NCBI GenBank assembly: GCA_963676835.2
Contig: CAXXFF010000002.1
Span: 96,001 to 160,000 of the forward strand
Source: Marispirochaeta sp.
Lineage (GTDB): Bacteria; Spirochaetota; Spirochaetia; JC444; Marispirochaetaceae
Reading direction: 5' to 3'
Length of the DNA stretch: 64,000 bases
The first letter of the stretch is position 1. Each line of letters begins with the position of its first letter. The notes beneath the pieces were generated by a model that was not told the origin of the DNA, ran no database searches, and saw nothing but the letters and a program-made list of their open reading frames with translations. The position numbers were made by a program, and so were the translations under genes. Of this stretch, positions 1-10,221 are shown piece after piece.

Positions 1-896
1 ATAATTCCAAAAACCACCGGCCCTTTCTCGCGGATTCCCCGCATGATACCCTGAAGAAGCTTGTTGAACAGCATGGGAACTCCAAGGAACATGGTAACCC
101 GGGCAGCTTTGAGATCGTGGAGAATCTGTTTGACCACCAGCCGCTTGCCGAATACCGTCTCGGCTCCAACCGAAAAACTCTCGATAAATACCGCCAGCAT
201 ACTGTAGGAGTGGTGAATCGGCAGAAGGGCGTAGAAAACATCGTCCGGACGGATATTGAGGTTAGCCTGGGCGAGAAAACAGTCGGCAACCAGGTTCCGG
301 TGAGTCAGCATTACCCCTTTGGGGTTCCCGGTGGTTCCGGAGGTAAACAGAATGGCCGCGAGAGCTTCATCATCCCGGGCTTCCGGAACAGAAAGCTCCT
401 CCTCTCCGGGCAGGTCCAGATCATAAATATAGCGGTCAGAGCCTGCTGCAGTCAGGCTGATTACTGCTGTCAGTTCCGAATCTATGCTGCTTATCCTGTC
501 GCCGTCGATAAAAAGGAAGCGTGCATCGGCAGCCTGGATTAAATTCTTCACTTCCCGGTCGTGGAGCGCTGCGTCGATGGGAACAACCACACCGCCGGCC
601 CAGAGAATTCCCAGATAGGCTACCGCCCACTCGGGACTGTTAAGTCCGCAGACAGCTGCCCGGTCGCCGGGCTTAAGGCCCTGTTTCTGAAGAAAAAGGG
701 CTGCAGCACGTATACGCTCAAGTGCCTGGGAATAATTAAGACTGACACGCTGGGGACTGTATACGGTAAAGCAGCTGCTTTGAGAGAAGCGGCTGCAGCT
801 TATGGAAAACAGCTCCGGCAGCGACGGCCACTGCCCGGAGAAAAGGGTTCCACGGAACTCTTCGAGAAACTGCCAGGGAACACCGTTACGCTTCAT
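1..896 (-). CDS. Long-chain fatty acid-CoA ligase / AMP-binding enzyme (5' part; runs off the window edge)
   Basis: Not in the ORF track. Manual translation from ATG at 896 gives MKRNGVPWQFLEEF..., with the AMP-binding motif ILFTSGTTGNPKGVMLTH and LLPIHHSY. GAGGT RBS upstream. Confidence 0.9.
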   Translation of the reverse strand, partial: MKRNGVPWQFLEEFRGTLFSGQWPSLPELFSISCSRFSQSSCFTVYSPQRVSLNYSQALERIRAAALFLQKQGLKPGDRAAVCGLNSPEWAVAYLGILWAGGVVVPIDAALHDREVKNLIQAADARFLFIDGDRISSIDSELTAVISLTAAGSDRYIYDLDLPGEEELSVPEARDDEALAAILFTSGTTGNPKGVMLTHRNLVADCFLAQANLNIRPDDVFYALLPIHHSYSMLAVFIESFSVGAETVFGKRLVVKQILHDLKAARVTMFLGVPMLFNKLLQGIMRGIREKGPVVFGI

Positions 897-977
897 ATGT
901 ACCTCACCTTGTTACATTTAAGTCGGTCGAACGACCGATTTAATTCTAAACCCGGAGGTGCGGACTGACAAGTGGCG

Positions 978-2177
978 TCAGCCCTGGAATCCCATACTGA
1001 AAGAGTACTGGCTTATACCGGTCTCGGCATTGAGACCATAACGAATGGAGAGGGCCGGGATGGTTACCTTCTTCAGATAGAGCATGAGACCGCCCCAGGG
1101 ACCGTGATACAACTCCATATCAGCACCGGCGCCGTCGAGAATTCCCGCCTGATAGCCCAGGGGCAGAGCAACAAAGCCCCAGCTAAAGTCGGCGATAACC
1201 GGAGACAGTTTAAATGAAGCCTGAGACTGCTGCAGGGCATGAACTGAATCTGAAAGCAGGGGCGAACGAACTGAAGGGCTTAAAAGCTCATCGCCTGAAA
1301 AGAGCAGAGAATCCGCGGCGGCAGAAAGAAGAATCCGCCGGTGGGGAAGAAAATCATACTGCAGGCCGATGCGCAATTCTCCGCTGGGATTAAACTCCCG
1401 GGAGTAAAAGGTTTGCTCATACTTTACTTCCCCCTTGAGTCCATCCCGGTAAAACTCATTCAGGTGCTGCCCGTCGTACCCGGCACTGATTTCCGGCGCA
1501 ATGTACAATGTCTCGCTGACAACTCCCTCAATTGTCCGGTAACCGCTTTTCAGGTTGAGACCGAATGCAAATGGATCAAAATCAATCCGGGATGTAAGCA
1601 TGCCTCCAAGAGACCATCCCTCATCTGAAAAAACAAGGTTGCCCTCGGTATCTTCCGCTTCCTGCTCCATCTCTGTAAAAACCAATCCCCCTCCCAGCCC
1701 CACAGGAGAATTGAAAACATTCCTATGCATGTAGCTGACACTTAAAAAAGTCATACCGCTGCCGTACATACCGCCAAGAAACATACTGTTTCCGGTTCCC
1801 AGAAGGTTCCCCTCCATAAGAAAGCCACCGGCAGCCAGCTTCCCGTCTGAGTAAGAAAAGAAAGGCAAAGGAATAAGACTGAACCGGTCCTCAAGATTAA
1901 TGAGCAGTATCATTCCTCCGTCCTCAGGAATCAGGGAGACATTTACCGTATCATCAACAAAGAGGCCGGACCGCAGAAGCCGCTGCCGGATTTCTTCGAT
2001 ATCATCGTGAACAATAAGATCTCCCGCCTGGACTTCGATAATCTTCAAAATAGTGGACTCTCTTGTTTTTGTCAGGTCACCCTCTATTCTTATCCCGGAA
2101 ATCTCCTGACTATACAGAGCCATAGTGGAAATAATTAACAACAGCAGGATTGATGCACATCTGATTATAATTCTCAT
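978..2177 (-). CDS. Omp85/BamA-TamA family outer membrane protein with one POTRA domain
   Basis: Signal peptide, POTRA-like [15 protein letters not shown]...RLLRSGLF, beta-strand-rich C-terminus ending FSMGFQG. Confidence 0.7.
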   Translation of the reverse strand: MRIIIRCASILLLLIISTMALYSQEISGIRIEGDLTKTRESTILKIIEVQAGDLIVHDDIEEIRQRLLRSGLFVDDTVNVSLIPEDGGMILLINLEDRFSLIPLPFFSYSDGKLAAGGFLMEGNLLGTGNSMFLGGMYGSGMTFLSVSYMHRNVFNSPVGLGGGLVFTEMEQEAEDTEGNLVFSDEGWSLGGMLTSRIDFDPFAFGLNLKSGYRTIEGVVSETLYIAPEISAGYDGQHLNEFYRDGLKGEVKYEQTFYSREFNPSGELRIGLQYDFLPHRRILLSAAADSLLFSGDELLSPSVRSPLLSDSVHALQQSQASFKLSPVIADFSWGFVALPLGYQAGILDGAGADMELYHGPWGGLMLYLKKVTIPALSIRYGLNAETGISQYSFSMGFQG

Positions 2178-2357
2178 ACCTCGAACCTTTCACGAATATA
2201 CTGCCTGAGGCAGTAAAATATCGAACACCTGAATACACTTTTTCTGTTACCCGGGCTACTCTCTTTTACGGCCCTGACCCAGCTATATAGACCCTGACGC
2301 CGGATGTAGAGTATAGTCCCTTCAAACGTCCCGCCCTTTAAGGAAGGATACACATAC

Positions 2358-4190
2358 ATGCCCCATAGAGACGCACGAAACGAAGGCTTACGCAATATAG
2401 CCATAATTGCCCACGTAGACCACGGGAAAACAACCCTTGTAGACGCAATGTTCCGCCAGAGCGGAACCTTCCGGGAAGGAAAGGAAACCGTAGACCGGCT
2501 TATGGACTCCATGGAGCTGGAACGGGAGCGGGGAATTACCATTGCCGCAAAAAATTGTTCTGTCGCATGGCGGGACGTTAAAATCAATATTCTCGACACT
2601 CCGGGACACGCCGATTTCGGCGGTGAAGTAGAACGGGCGCTCTCCATGGTGGACGGCGCAATTCTGCTGGTTGACGCCTCCGAAGGCCCCCTGCCCCAGA
2701 CCCGCTTTGTACTCTCCAAGGCTCTGCAGGCAGGCCTGAAGATTATTGTAGTGGTCAACAAGATCGACCGGAACGATGCCCGTCCCCTTCAGATTGTAGA
2801 TGAAATCTCCGACCTGCTCATCGATCTTGATGCATCGGAAGAGCAGCTTGATTTTCCTCTTTTCTACGCCAACGGCAAAGACGGTATCGCCAAGAAAACC
2901 CTGGAAGAAGATTCAGACAACCTGCAGGTTCTTTTCGACGCTATTGTAGATGAGATTCCTCCTCCCGCCTATGAATCCAAGGCGCCCTTCCAGATGCTGG
3001 TATCCGACCTCTCCTATTCAGACTTCCTCGGCCGCCTTGCCATCGGCAAGGTGATCAACGGCCGGGCAAAGGCGCGGGAGAGCCTTGTCTGCCTGGGAGA
3101 AGGTGGAAAAACACAGCCGGTAAATATCTCCAAGCTGCAGGTTTATTCCGGCCCTGCCCTAAGCGATGCCACCGAGGCCATCGCCGGCGACATAGTAGTT
3201 CTTTCCGGAGTAGACGATGTGCATATCGGAGATACCATCTGCACAAAAAGCGACCCCAAGGCCCTCCCCCGGATATCCGTGGATGAGCCGACAGTCTCCA
3301 TGCGCTTTACCGCCAATACATCACCTTTTTCGGGACAGGAAGGCAAGCTTGTTCAGGGAAGCAAAATAAAAGACCGGCTGGAAAAAGAGACCCTCAAGAA
3401 TGTTTCCCTGCAGATTGAGAACGCCGTTGACGGCGACGGATTTACCGTAAAAGGCCGGGGAGAATTTCAGCTGGCCATCCTTATCGAGACAATGCGCAGG
3501 GAAGGCTTCGAACTCTGTGTCGGCCGCCCGGAGGTAATATACCGTACCGAAAACGGTAAACGCACCGAGCCTATCGAACACCTTGCGGTCGACTGCGAAG
3601 AGACCTTTGCCGGGGTGGTCACAGAAAAACTCTCCAAACGCAAAGGCCGCATGACAAGCTATATCAATCATGAAAGCGGCCGGGTACGCCTCGAATTCAG
3701 CGTTCCATCCCGCGCCCTTATCGGCTACCGGGATGAGTTCCTCACCGACACAAAGGGAACAGGCATTATGAACTCATACCTCACCGGCTACGAAGAGTAC
3801 CGGGGCGACTTTCCCCAGCGTTTTACCGGCTCCCTTGTCTGCGACAGAAAAGGCGATGCCGTTCCCTATGCGATCTTCAACCTGGAACCCCGGGGAACCA
3901 TGTTTGTTGTTCCCGGCGACAAGGTTTATGAGGGTATGATTGTTGGAGAACACAACCGTGACAATGACCTCAATGTAAACCCCTGTAAAGAGAAGAAACT
4001 CTCCAACATGCGGGCATCCGGAAAGGATGACAATGTGATTCTTTCCCCGGTACTGCCCATGACTCTGGAAAGGGCTATCCAGTTTATCCGGGAGGATGAA
4101 ATGGTAGAGGTGACTCCTGTAAGCATCAGGCTCAGAAAAAGGACCCTCTCTGCTCAGGACAGAAAGATTGAGGAGAAAAGGAAGGGGTAA
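2358..4190 (+). CDS. typA: Translational GTPase TypA/BipA
   Basis: [43 protein letters not shown]; BipA C-terminus [11 protein letters not shown]. Confidence 0.98.
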   Translation: MPHRDARNEGLRNIAIIAHVDHGKTTLVDAMFRQSGTFREGKETVDRLMDSMELERERGITIAAKNCSVAWRDVKINILDTPGHADFGGEVERALSMVDGAILLVDASEGPLPQTRFVLSKALQAGLKIIVVVNKIDRNDARPLQIVDEISDLLIDLDASEEQLDFPLFYANGKDGIAKKTLEEDSDNLQVLFDAIVDEIPPPAYESKAPFQMLVSDLSYSDFLGRLAIGKVINGRAKARESLVCLGEGGKTQPVNISKLQVYSGPALSDATEAIAGDIVVLSGVDDVHIGDTICTKSDPKALPRISVDEPTVSMRFTANTSPFSGQEGKLVQGSKIKDRLEKETLKNVSLQIENAVDGDGFTVKGRGEFQLAILIETMRREGFELCVGRPEVIYRTENGKRTEPIEHLAVDCEETFAGVVTEKLSKRKGRMTSYINHESGRVRLEFSVPSRALIGYRDEFLTDTKGTGIMNSYLTGYEEYRGDFPQRFTGSLVCDRKGDAVPYAIFNLEPRGTMFVVPGDKVYEGMIVGEHNRDNDLNVNPCKEKKLSNMRASGKDDNVILSPVLPMTLERAIQFIREDEMVEVTPVSIRLRKRTLSAQDRKIEEKRKG

Positions 4191-4242
4191 AACCCCAGGT
4201 GGAGAAGATTCCCCGGTAAATCCCCATAATTGGTCACAGGTG

Positions 4243-4287
4243 CCCCAGAAGAAGAGACGTTGCAGTGCAACGTCTCTTCTTCTGGGG
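4243..4287. repeat. REP-like palindrome copy 1 (22-bp perfect arms, 1-nt centre), followed by a partial half copy at about 4295-4314
   Basis: CCCCAGAAGAAGAGACGTTGCA-G-TGCAACGTCTCTTCTTCTGGGG read directly. Confidence 0.9.
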
Positions 4288-4321
4288 GCATGACTGCAAC
4301 GTCTCTTCTGGGGGTATTACA

Positions 4322-4873
4322 TCAGGATTTCCCCCATTTCCCTGGATTATCCAAAATATACTGCCTCACATTGTTCACATGATCTTTATTTCTGATAATG
4401 CGGTCATAAAACCGGGTTTGCCATACCTGGAGGCTGCTGTCAAATTCCTTATGAATCATTTTTGTGCATATTGATTTATATGACCGGATTACCGCGGATA
4501 TTGTTCCCGGTTTTGGTGATATTCGGGAATAAAAGGCCTTATCGCATTCCCCCTCTTTCTCCGTTGAGACGTTGCAATGCAACGTCTCAACGGAGAAAGA
4601 GGGGGACACAACCAACAATAACCCATGGATATGATCCGGCATGACAACAAATTGATCCAACCGGATATTTGGAAAATGATCGGGAATCTCCATCCAATAT
4701 CGGTGGGCAATTTTGCCCATTCCGGATAAACACATTTTGCCGTCTTCAATAGCTCCAAACAGGTGTTCCCTGTTTTTTGTACATATGGTGATGAAATAAT
4801 ATCCGGGAGACGAATAATCCCATCCTTGCAAACGGAGGCTCTCTATGAGGTATCTGTTTTTAAACAGGGCCAT
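4322..4873 (-). mobile_element. REP-associated tyrosine transposase (RAYT, IS200/Y1 HUH family); likely start MALFKNRY at 4873
   Basis: RLQGWDYSSPGYYFITICT N-terminus, HUH motif MPDHIHG, WQTRFYDRIIR, catalytic Tyr in QYILDNP; flanked by REP palindromes. Confidence 0.92.
4548..4606. repeat. REP-like palindrome copy 2 (29-bp perfect arms), inside the RAYT coding sequence
   Basis: TCCCCCTCTTTCTCCGTTGAGACGTTGCA-A-TGCAACGTCTCAACGGAGAAAGAGGGGGA. Confidence 0.92.
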
Positions 4874-4911
4874 TGGTATGAAAGGAAACAACCAGCAAAG
4901 TTTCCCTTCCT

Positions 4912-4950
4912 CCTCTGTGAAGATGTTGCAATGCAACATCTCCACAGAGG
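4912..4950. repeat. REP-like palindrome copy 3 (19-bp arms, one mismatch), upstream of the RAYT
   Basis: CCTCTGTGAAGATGTTGCA-A-TGCAACATCTCCACAGAGG. Confidence 0.88.
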
Positions 4951-5211
4951 GGAATTTGATTATTACAAGGGAGATCAGGACAAAAAGAAGGTTGTTTCAC
5001 AGGAACTCCTTACATGAATAACAGTTCTATAGAGTAAGAACCACGAAATAAGAAGTATGCTTCACGGAATCAGCAGGAAATGGGACTGTAGGTACATACC
5101 TCATTGTGCGCCAATCCGGCACCACGTTAAGGCAGATAATAATCGACTTTTATTGATTATATTTCTCATTATCACTACATTCAATACAATAATTTATTAC
5201 TGGAGAGAACT

Positions 5212-5442
5212 ATGGGAACACGCTGCCGCTGGTACGATGCAACATCGGGAATGAAACGGGCATTTGATAAAGGGCTTATCGACCGGTCATGGATAGACGA
5301 CTACTGCATGAATGGAGGGCAGAACTGTATCCGTAAACTCCATTTTGAGAAAGACGGATATGTTTCACCGGACTATGTGCTTCCCGACGGAAGAGAAGAT
5401 AAAAAGCTGAAACAGATTATTATGGAGAAAGGGAATTTCTGA
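5212..5442 (+). CDS. Small Cys-containing hypothetical protein
   Basis: GGAGA RBS; 76 aa with CRWY, WIDDYC, CIR and VLPDG motifs. Confidence 0.7.
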   Translation: MGTRCRWYDATSGMKRAFDKGLIDRSWIDDYCMNGGQNCIRKLHFEKDGYVSPDYVLPDGREDKKLKQIIMEKGNF

Positions 5443-5451
5443 GGACCTAAA

Positions 5452-6534
5452 TCAGTTGATCCGCTTCGCCAGTGCCCGGGCAATAACCGGTCCGAAGATA
5501 ACCAGAGAAACCATCCTGCATACCTGTAGCGACATGATAAACGGAGCGTTCACGGGGCTGGTCATGGCGATTACGGCTACCGTATTGGCACCCCCGGGAC
5601 TGGTCGCAAGATAAGCCGAAAGGGGATCGATGGAGAAACGGCTGCTGACTAAATAGGCCAGGCCGCCGCAGAGGATAATAAGCAGCAGGTTGCTGATGAC
5701 AATACGGGGAAAAACCTTCAGGGAGGACTGCAAAGCCTCCCGGTCAAAACCAAGCCCCACTTCCCAGCCGATGATCAGGTAGCAGAACACTGCAAAAGGT
5801 TCTGGCACCATAATACTGATTACTCCGCTAACGTTAAGCAAAACTCCCAGAAACATGGGCATAAGCAGTGCTGCCGCAGGCAGACGGGTCAAAGCAAAAA
5901 GAACCCCACCCAGGGTTAGAGCTAAAGTTTGAGTCAGCGTTAAGGTATCGGGAAACTGCAGCCAGCCGGAAAAAATATCGGCTCCTGAGCTGATTCCGGG
6001 ATTGCCAATCCAGATAAAGGTGACAAGGGAAGCGGCAAGAATAACCAGAAGAAGCCGGGTGTACTGCATAAGAGCAACCAGCCGGGCGTCAGCATCAAAA
6101 GACTGAGCCATAATAACCATGGCACCGGCGGCTCCCGGAGAAGAGCCCCATATGGCCTCCCGGGGAGGTACCACTTTCAGGAGGGCCAGAATCAATCCCA
6201 GCCCCCAGCTCAGGATCATAACACTGAGAATAACCACCAGAAAAACCGGCCATTCCAGCAGAAGCTCCTGAAGAACATCCATGGTCAGAGCCTGGGCAAT
6301 CAGAACCCCCATCAGAGACTGGGAAAGCCAGGAACTCATTTTGGGCACTTTCAGGCTTATCCCCAGGGCGGAAAAAATTATTCCAACAACAATGGGACCG
6401 AGAAGCCAGCCTGCGGGAAGATGCAGAAGCGTGAGACCAATTGCAGCGAGTCCGGAAAAAAACAAAAGCAGGACCCATAAAAGAGGCCGGGGAAAACTGT
6501 TGCCAATGACGGATATACTCAGATGTTTAGCCAT
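5452..6534 (-). CDS. AbrB-family membrane protein (putative ammonia monooxygenase family)
   Basis: Multi-TM protein with duplicated SPGAAGAM / SPGGANTV repeats and Q..R motifs. Confidence 0.85.
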   Translation of the reverse strand: MAKHLSISVIGNSFPRPLLWVLLLFFSGLAAIGLTLLHLPAGWLLGPIVVGIIFSALGISLKVPKMSSWLSQSLMGVLIAQALTMDVLQELLLEWPVFLVVILSVMILSWGLGLILALLKVVPPREAIWGSSPGAAGAMVIMAQSFDADARLVALMQYTRLLLVILAASLVTFIWIGNPGISSGADIFSGWLQFPDTLTLTQTLALTLGGVLFALTRLPAAALLMPMFLGVLLNVSGVISIMVPEPFAVFCYLIIGWEVGLGFDREALQSSLKVFPRIVISNLLLIILCGGLAYLVSSRFSIDPLSAYLATSPGGANTVAVIAMTSPVNAPFIMSLQVCRMVSLVIFGPVIARALAKRIN

Positions 6535-6624
6535 TTGCTGAAATCATAGACTAAATTCACCGCCGTTCATACTCCATTCACACTTTGTTAGTATTAAGTT
6601 AGGAGTACAAGGAGAAAACAGAAG

Positions 6625-7737
6625 ATGAAACAGAAGAGTACAAAACCGGCCCTTATTTCTCTATTTCTGACCATTGCTGCAGCCAGCTGTATGGCTGAAG
6701 CTGTTCCCCTTTTAAGCAGCGCTGACATGTTTTCCGACCGGGACCTGAGACAAACAGTAGATTCTGCATCCTGGACAGAAAAAGTAATACAGGATAATTC
6801 AGATATACAGATAAACCGTGCAGGAATCTATCATATATCCGGAAATGCCGTAAATTCCACAATAATTATCGACACTGCCGACGACGAGAAGGTTCAGCTT
6901 GTTCTGGAAAATCTTTCCATCCGCAACCGGAACAAGCCCGGTGTATACCTAAAAGAGGCAGACAAGGTTTTTATCACCACCATAGGAACGAACAGCCTGG
7001 CGGTAAGTGGAGACTATGTACCCGACGGCGAGACCAATCTTGATGCGGTTATATTCTCCCGGTCCGACCTGGTTCTCAACGGAACAGGAACCCTCACGGT
7101 TATATCCGCTGAAGGAAACGGGATCACATCAAAAGATGACTTGAAGATAACCGGCGGCAGCCTGGATGTTACCGCAGAAAAAGACGGTCTGGAGGCGAAT
7201 GACTCTATCCGAATTTATGACGGGAATATTTCTGTTGCCAGCCAGAAAGATGCCCTTCACAGCGAGCACGATAATAACCCCCAGAAGGGCTACATCTACA
7301 TCCAGGGAGGAAACCTTGAAATAACCGCCGCAGATGATGCCATCCAGGGAAACAGCGCGGTTCAGATTGACGGCGGGACAATTCAGATTGCAAGCAGCCA
7401 GGAAGGGATTGAATCAACAAGAGTTCAGATAAACGGAGGGACTATAGACATCTACGCCACCGATGACGGAATTAACGCTGCAGAAAAGTCGGATAATCCG
7501 CTTTTTATTGAAGTAAACGGCGGTAATATCAGCATAGAGATGGCAGCCGGCGACACCGACGCCTTTGACTCTAACGGCGACCTCTATATTAACGGGGGCA
7601 TAATTACTATTCAGGCACGTTCTCCTTTTGATGCTGACGGAAAAGCAGAACTTAACGGCGGAACCGTCAAAGTAAACGGCGCGCTTGTTACTGAAATAAC
7701 GACCCAGCACTTCGGCGGACGTCGCCCCAGGTGGTAA
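6625..7737 (+). CDS. Secreted carbohydrate-binding beta-helix protein (Cthe_2159/DUF4353-like)
   Basis: Signal peptide; repeated I.GG.I.I.A..DG(L/I) units; DAVIFSRSDLVLNGTGTL. Confidence 0.85.
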   Translation: MKQKSTKPALISLFLTIAAASCMAEAVPLLSSADMFSDRDLRQTVDSASWTEKVIQDNSDIQINRAGIYHISGNAVNSTIIIDTADDEKVQLVLENLSIRNRNKPGVYLKEADKVFITTIGTNSLAVSGDYVPDGETNLDAVIFSRSDLVLNGTGTLTVISAEGNGITSKDDLKITGGSLDVTAEKDGLEANDSIRIYDGNISVASQKDALHSEHDNNPQKGYIYIQGGNLEITAADDAIQGNSAVQIDGGTIQIASSQEGIESTRVQINGGTIDIYATDDGINAAEKSDNPLFIEVNGGNISIEMAAGDTDAFDSNGDLYINGGIITIQARSPFDADGKAELNGGTVKVNGALVTEITTQHFGGRRPRW

Positions 7738-7826
7738 GTGGAAAACTAAATACCTGTGTACCGAAACTCCCGGATCTGGAGATCCCTTCCTCAGAAGTGA
7801 CAGCTTTTAACGGGGAGCTGTAATAC

Positions 7827-9434
7827 CTACAGCCCCCATATAGCCTGATCCCTGGGATACTCCACAGCAAAACTGAAGGGAATCTCCCGGACGCCTCCAG
7901 GCTCCAGGGTAAATACCCATTCAACCCGGGATTCATCGTTTATACTCAGCTCACTGCTGTTCTGCTTTATCACAGGTGAGAGGGGTTTAACAGAAACTTC
8001 TTTCTCCTGAGAGATGGGAAACTGATCATACACTTTAAGGGATACCTGCTGCTTTTTCTTGTTGCTTATTTTAATCTGGTAATCAAACTGCTCGCTGGTC
8101 CGCTTATCCAGCATTCCTTCATTGCGGCGGAACCGCTTGAGAAAACGGTATTCCACCTGTACCCCCTCATCCACACCCAAGGAGATAGCCGTCTCTTCTC
8201 CGGGCATAACCAGAGGCATTTGAGAGGATGAGACAAAAGAACCGTCGAAAAAGATATTCATTCTACCCGGCAGAAGGGGGAAATCAGAATCGTTTGTCAT
8301 ATCCGCAGTCAGATAGGCGTATTCAGCAAGCTTGGGAACCGTGGTATAGCGGAATGTGGCAGGAAGCTTCCGCCGCATAATCACAACACGGTTGTCGTCC
8401 CCGTCACCGCCGATACTGCTGCCGCCGGGTACGGAAAAAACCACGGAAGCGCCGCCGCTCTCTACTGCTGCTTCTTCTGTACGGATCTCTTCAAAGGATG
8501 CATCCATCATCATGGGAGCCGCTGGTTCAGCTGCGTTATACATCTCGTCATCGTCCATGCTGCGGCTCTTTTTTACCCTGTAGTGACTTATCCGGGGACT
8601 GCTGGTGCTTATTCTCCACGGGGAAAGTTCAGGAACCAGGCCGGAAACATTCACCTTTGCTGTAGAAAGCTTAAGCTCAACTCCCTGCCAGTCCTCACCG
8701 CTTGACTGGGAAACCAGGGCATCATACTCCAGAAGAATTTCCTCGTCCCCGCTGCCGCCGCGAAGATTATAGACAGGCACCCAGTTGGGTCCATAGAGCA
8801 GGTAGGAGAGATCAACTTCTACCTCCCCCTCAGCTTCGGCAAGAAGGTTAACCTTGATTACATTACGGGTACGGGAGCCACTTCCGCCAAGGGCAGCCAG
8901 TCGGGATTCCACCGTTTCCAGTTCCCGGGTCAACTCTCGAATTTTACGCTCCGCTGTAAGCTTGCGTTCTGCGGCATCGGCATGTTTCTGCTGATAAAAC
9001 TGCAGCATACTCTCCCAGGAGCCGGGGTCGGACACCGGCTGCACCGGAGAAGAGGTTCCGGCTTTGACAGGTGTTGTCACAAAAGTCGATACTTTTTCGA
9101 GAAAAACAGAGTCCCGGTTGCAGGCTTCGATTATAAGCTGTTCTTCAGCCATGGAATCACTCAAAGACTCCTGCTGCTTGAGAAGAGATGTACGTCTTTC
9201 ACTGGAATCCTCTGAAAAGTATTCAGTTTCAAAACTGCAATCCCCGAGAACTGCATTACCCTTGCCACTGACCTGAATACTCTCCGCTTCTATGTCCGCG
9301 GACAAATCTGGAAAGACCAGCAGCTGATTGCCCTTCCCAAGGCTTACCCTGGCAGTACGGGTTACCATTGCCCGGCCCGGATAGACCGTAACAGCACTTA
9401 CACTGGATTCAACTTCGGTTTTCTCTATTTCCAT
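7827..9434 (-). CDS. Mucoidy inhibitor MuiA family protein (DUF4140 + DUF4139)
   Basis: VTVYPGRAMVTR start, coiled coil, WVPVYNLR, QSSGEDW, LGVDEGV. Confidence 0.88.
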   Translation of the reverse strand: MEIEKTEVESSVSAVTVYPGRAMVTRTARVSLGKGNQLLVFPDLSADIEAESIQVSGKGNAVLGDCSFETEYFSEDSSERRTSLLKQQESLSDSMAEEQLIIEACNRDSVFLEKVSTFVTTPVKAGTSSPVQPVSDPGSWESMLQFYQQKHADAAERKLTAERKIRELTRELETVESRLAALGGSGSRTRNVIKVNLLAEAEGEVEVDLSYLLYGPNWVPVYNLRGGSGDEEILLEYDALVSQSSGEDWQGVELKLSTAKVNVSGLVPELSPWRISTSSPRISHYRVKKSRSMDDDEMYNAAEPAAPMMMDASFEEIRTEEAAVESGGASVVFSVPGGSSIGGDGDDNRVVIMRRKLPATFRYTTVPKLAEYAYLTADMTNDSDFPLLPGRMNIFFDGSFVSSSQMPLVMPGEETAISLGVDEGVQVEYRFLKRFRRNEGMLDKRTSEQFDYQIKISNKKKQQVSLKVYDQFPISQEKEVSVKPLSPVIKQNSSELSINDESRVEWVFTLEPGGVREIPFSFAVEYPRDQAIWGL

Positions 9435-9492
9435 AATAAGACCAGTATATCACGGGCTCACCAATATCCTGAAGGAAATCATGATCTGCCTA

Positions 9493-9524
9493 TTGACCCT
9501 CCACTTAAGGGGAGGGTTTAGATT
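9493..9524 (+). promoter_or_regulatory. MerR-type promoter with long spacer and operator dyad
   Basis: TTGACC (9493-9498), 20-nt spacer, TAGATT (9519-9524); dyad ACCCTCC-a-CTTAAG-g-GGAGGGT (9496-9517); a MerR gene lies in the same operon. Confidence 0.8.
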
Positions 9525-9541
9525 ATAGACAGGAGGCAGCA

Positions 9542-10165
9542 GTGGAAAAAATTACAAAGGGTAAACTGGACTTGAAGAAAGTATATGTATCCTGCTATAG
9601 AGCGAAACCCTCGGTGGAATTTGTTCAGGTTCCTCCAATCCAGTATCTGACATTTCAGGGAAAAGGGAATCCCAACACATCACCTGAATTTGACGAAGCC
9701 ATGGGCGTTCTCTATGGACTGGTGTATACCGCAAAGTTCATTTCCAAAGACCGGGGACAGGACTTTACTGTTATGCCCCTGGAAGGACAGTGGTGGTCCG
9801 ATCCCCCGGAAGCCTTCTGTTCCATTTCAAAGGATATGTGGATATGGAAGGTTATGATTGCCCTTCCGGATTTTATTACCACGTCATTTATTAAGAATGC
9901 TGAAGAGATTCTCAGGAAGAAAAAAAATCTTCCGGGGCTTGAAAAGGCGAAAATAGAAACCATGGAGGACGGTCTGTCCGCCCAGTTTCTTCATATGGGC
10001 CCCTATGCTGACGAGGCCCCTTTTATTGCTGCCATGCATGCACAGGTTAAAGAACAGGGCTACAAACTGAGGGGGCATCACCGGGAAATCTACCTTAGCG
10101 ATCCCCGTCGCACGGTTACGGAAAAGCTGAAGACCATTATCCGGCACCCGGTGGAAAGAGCCTGA
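9542..10165 (+). CDS. GyrI-like small-molecule-binding protein
   Basis: G.GNPN, VMPLEGQWW, HMGPY..E, HHREIYLSDPRR. Confidence 0.9.
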   Translation: MEKITKGKLDLKKVYVSCYRAKPSVEFVQVPPIQYLTFQGKGNPNTSPEFDEAMGVLYGLVYTAKFISKDRGQDFTVMPLEGQWWSDPPEAFCSISKDMWIWKVMIALPDFITTSFIKNAEEILRKKKNLPGLEKAKIETMEDGLSAQFLHMGPYADEAPFIAAMHAQVKEQGYKLRGHHREIYLSDPRRTVTEKLKTIIRHPVERA

Positions 10166-10221
10166 TCCCCTGTACAGCAGTATCCGATGGAAGATACACT
10201 CCAACAGTACCGGGAGGTTGG

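Noticed and set aside
117..968. Plus-strand ORFs 117-542 and 561-968
   Set aside because: Antisense shadows of the acyl-CoA ligase on the minus strand, which the ORF track missed because it runs off the edge.
2174..2761. 195-aa minus-strand ORF
   Set aside because: Antisense to the conserved typA G-domain; no independent motifs.
4874..4945. N-terminal extension MEMLHCNIF of the RAYT ORF
   Set aside because: It is translated REP copy 3; family-like sequence starts at MALFKNRY.
4241..4950. Palindromic repeats as a possible CRISPR array
   Set aside because: Spacing is irregular (about 300-350 bp), one copy is intragenic and no cas genes are present; REP/RAYT explains them.
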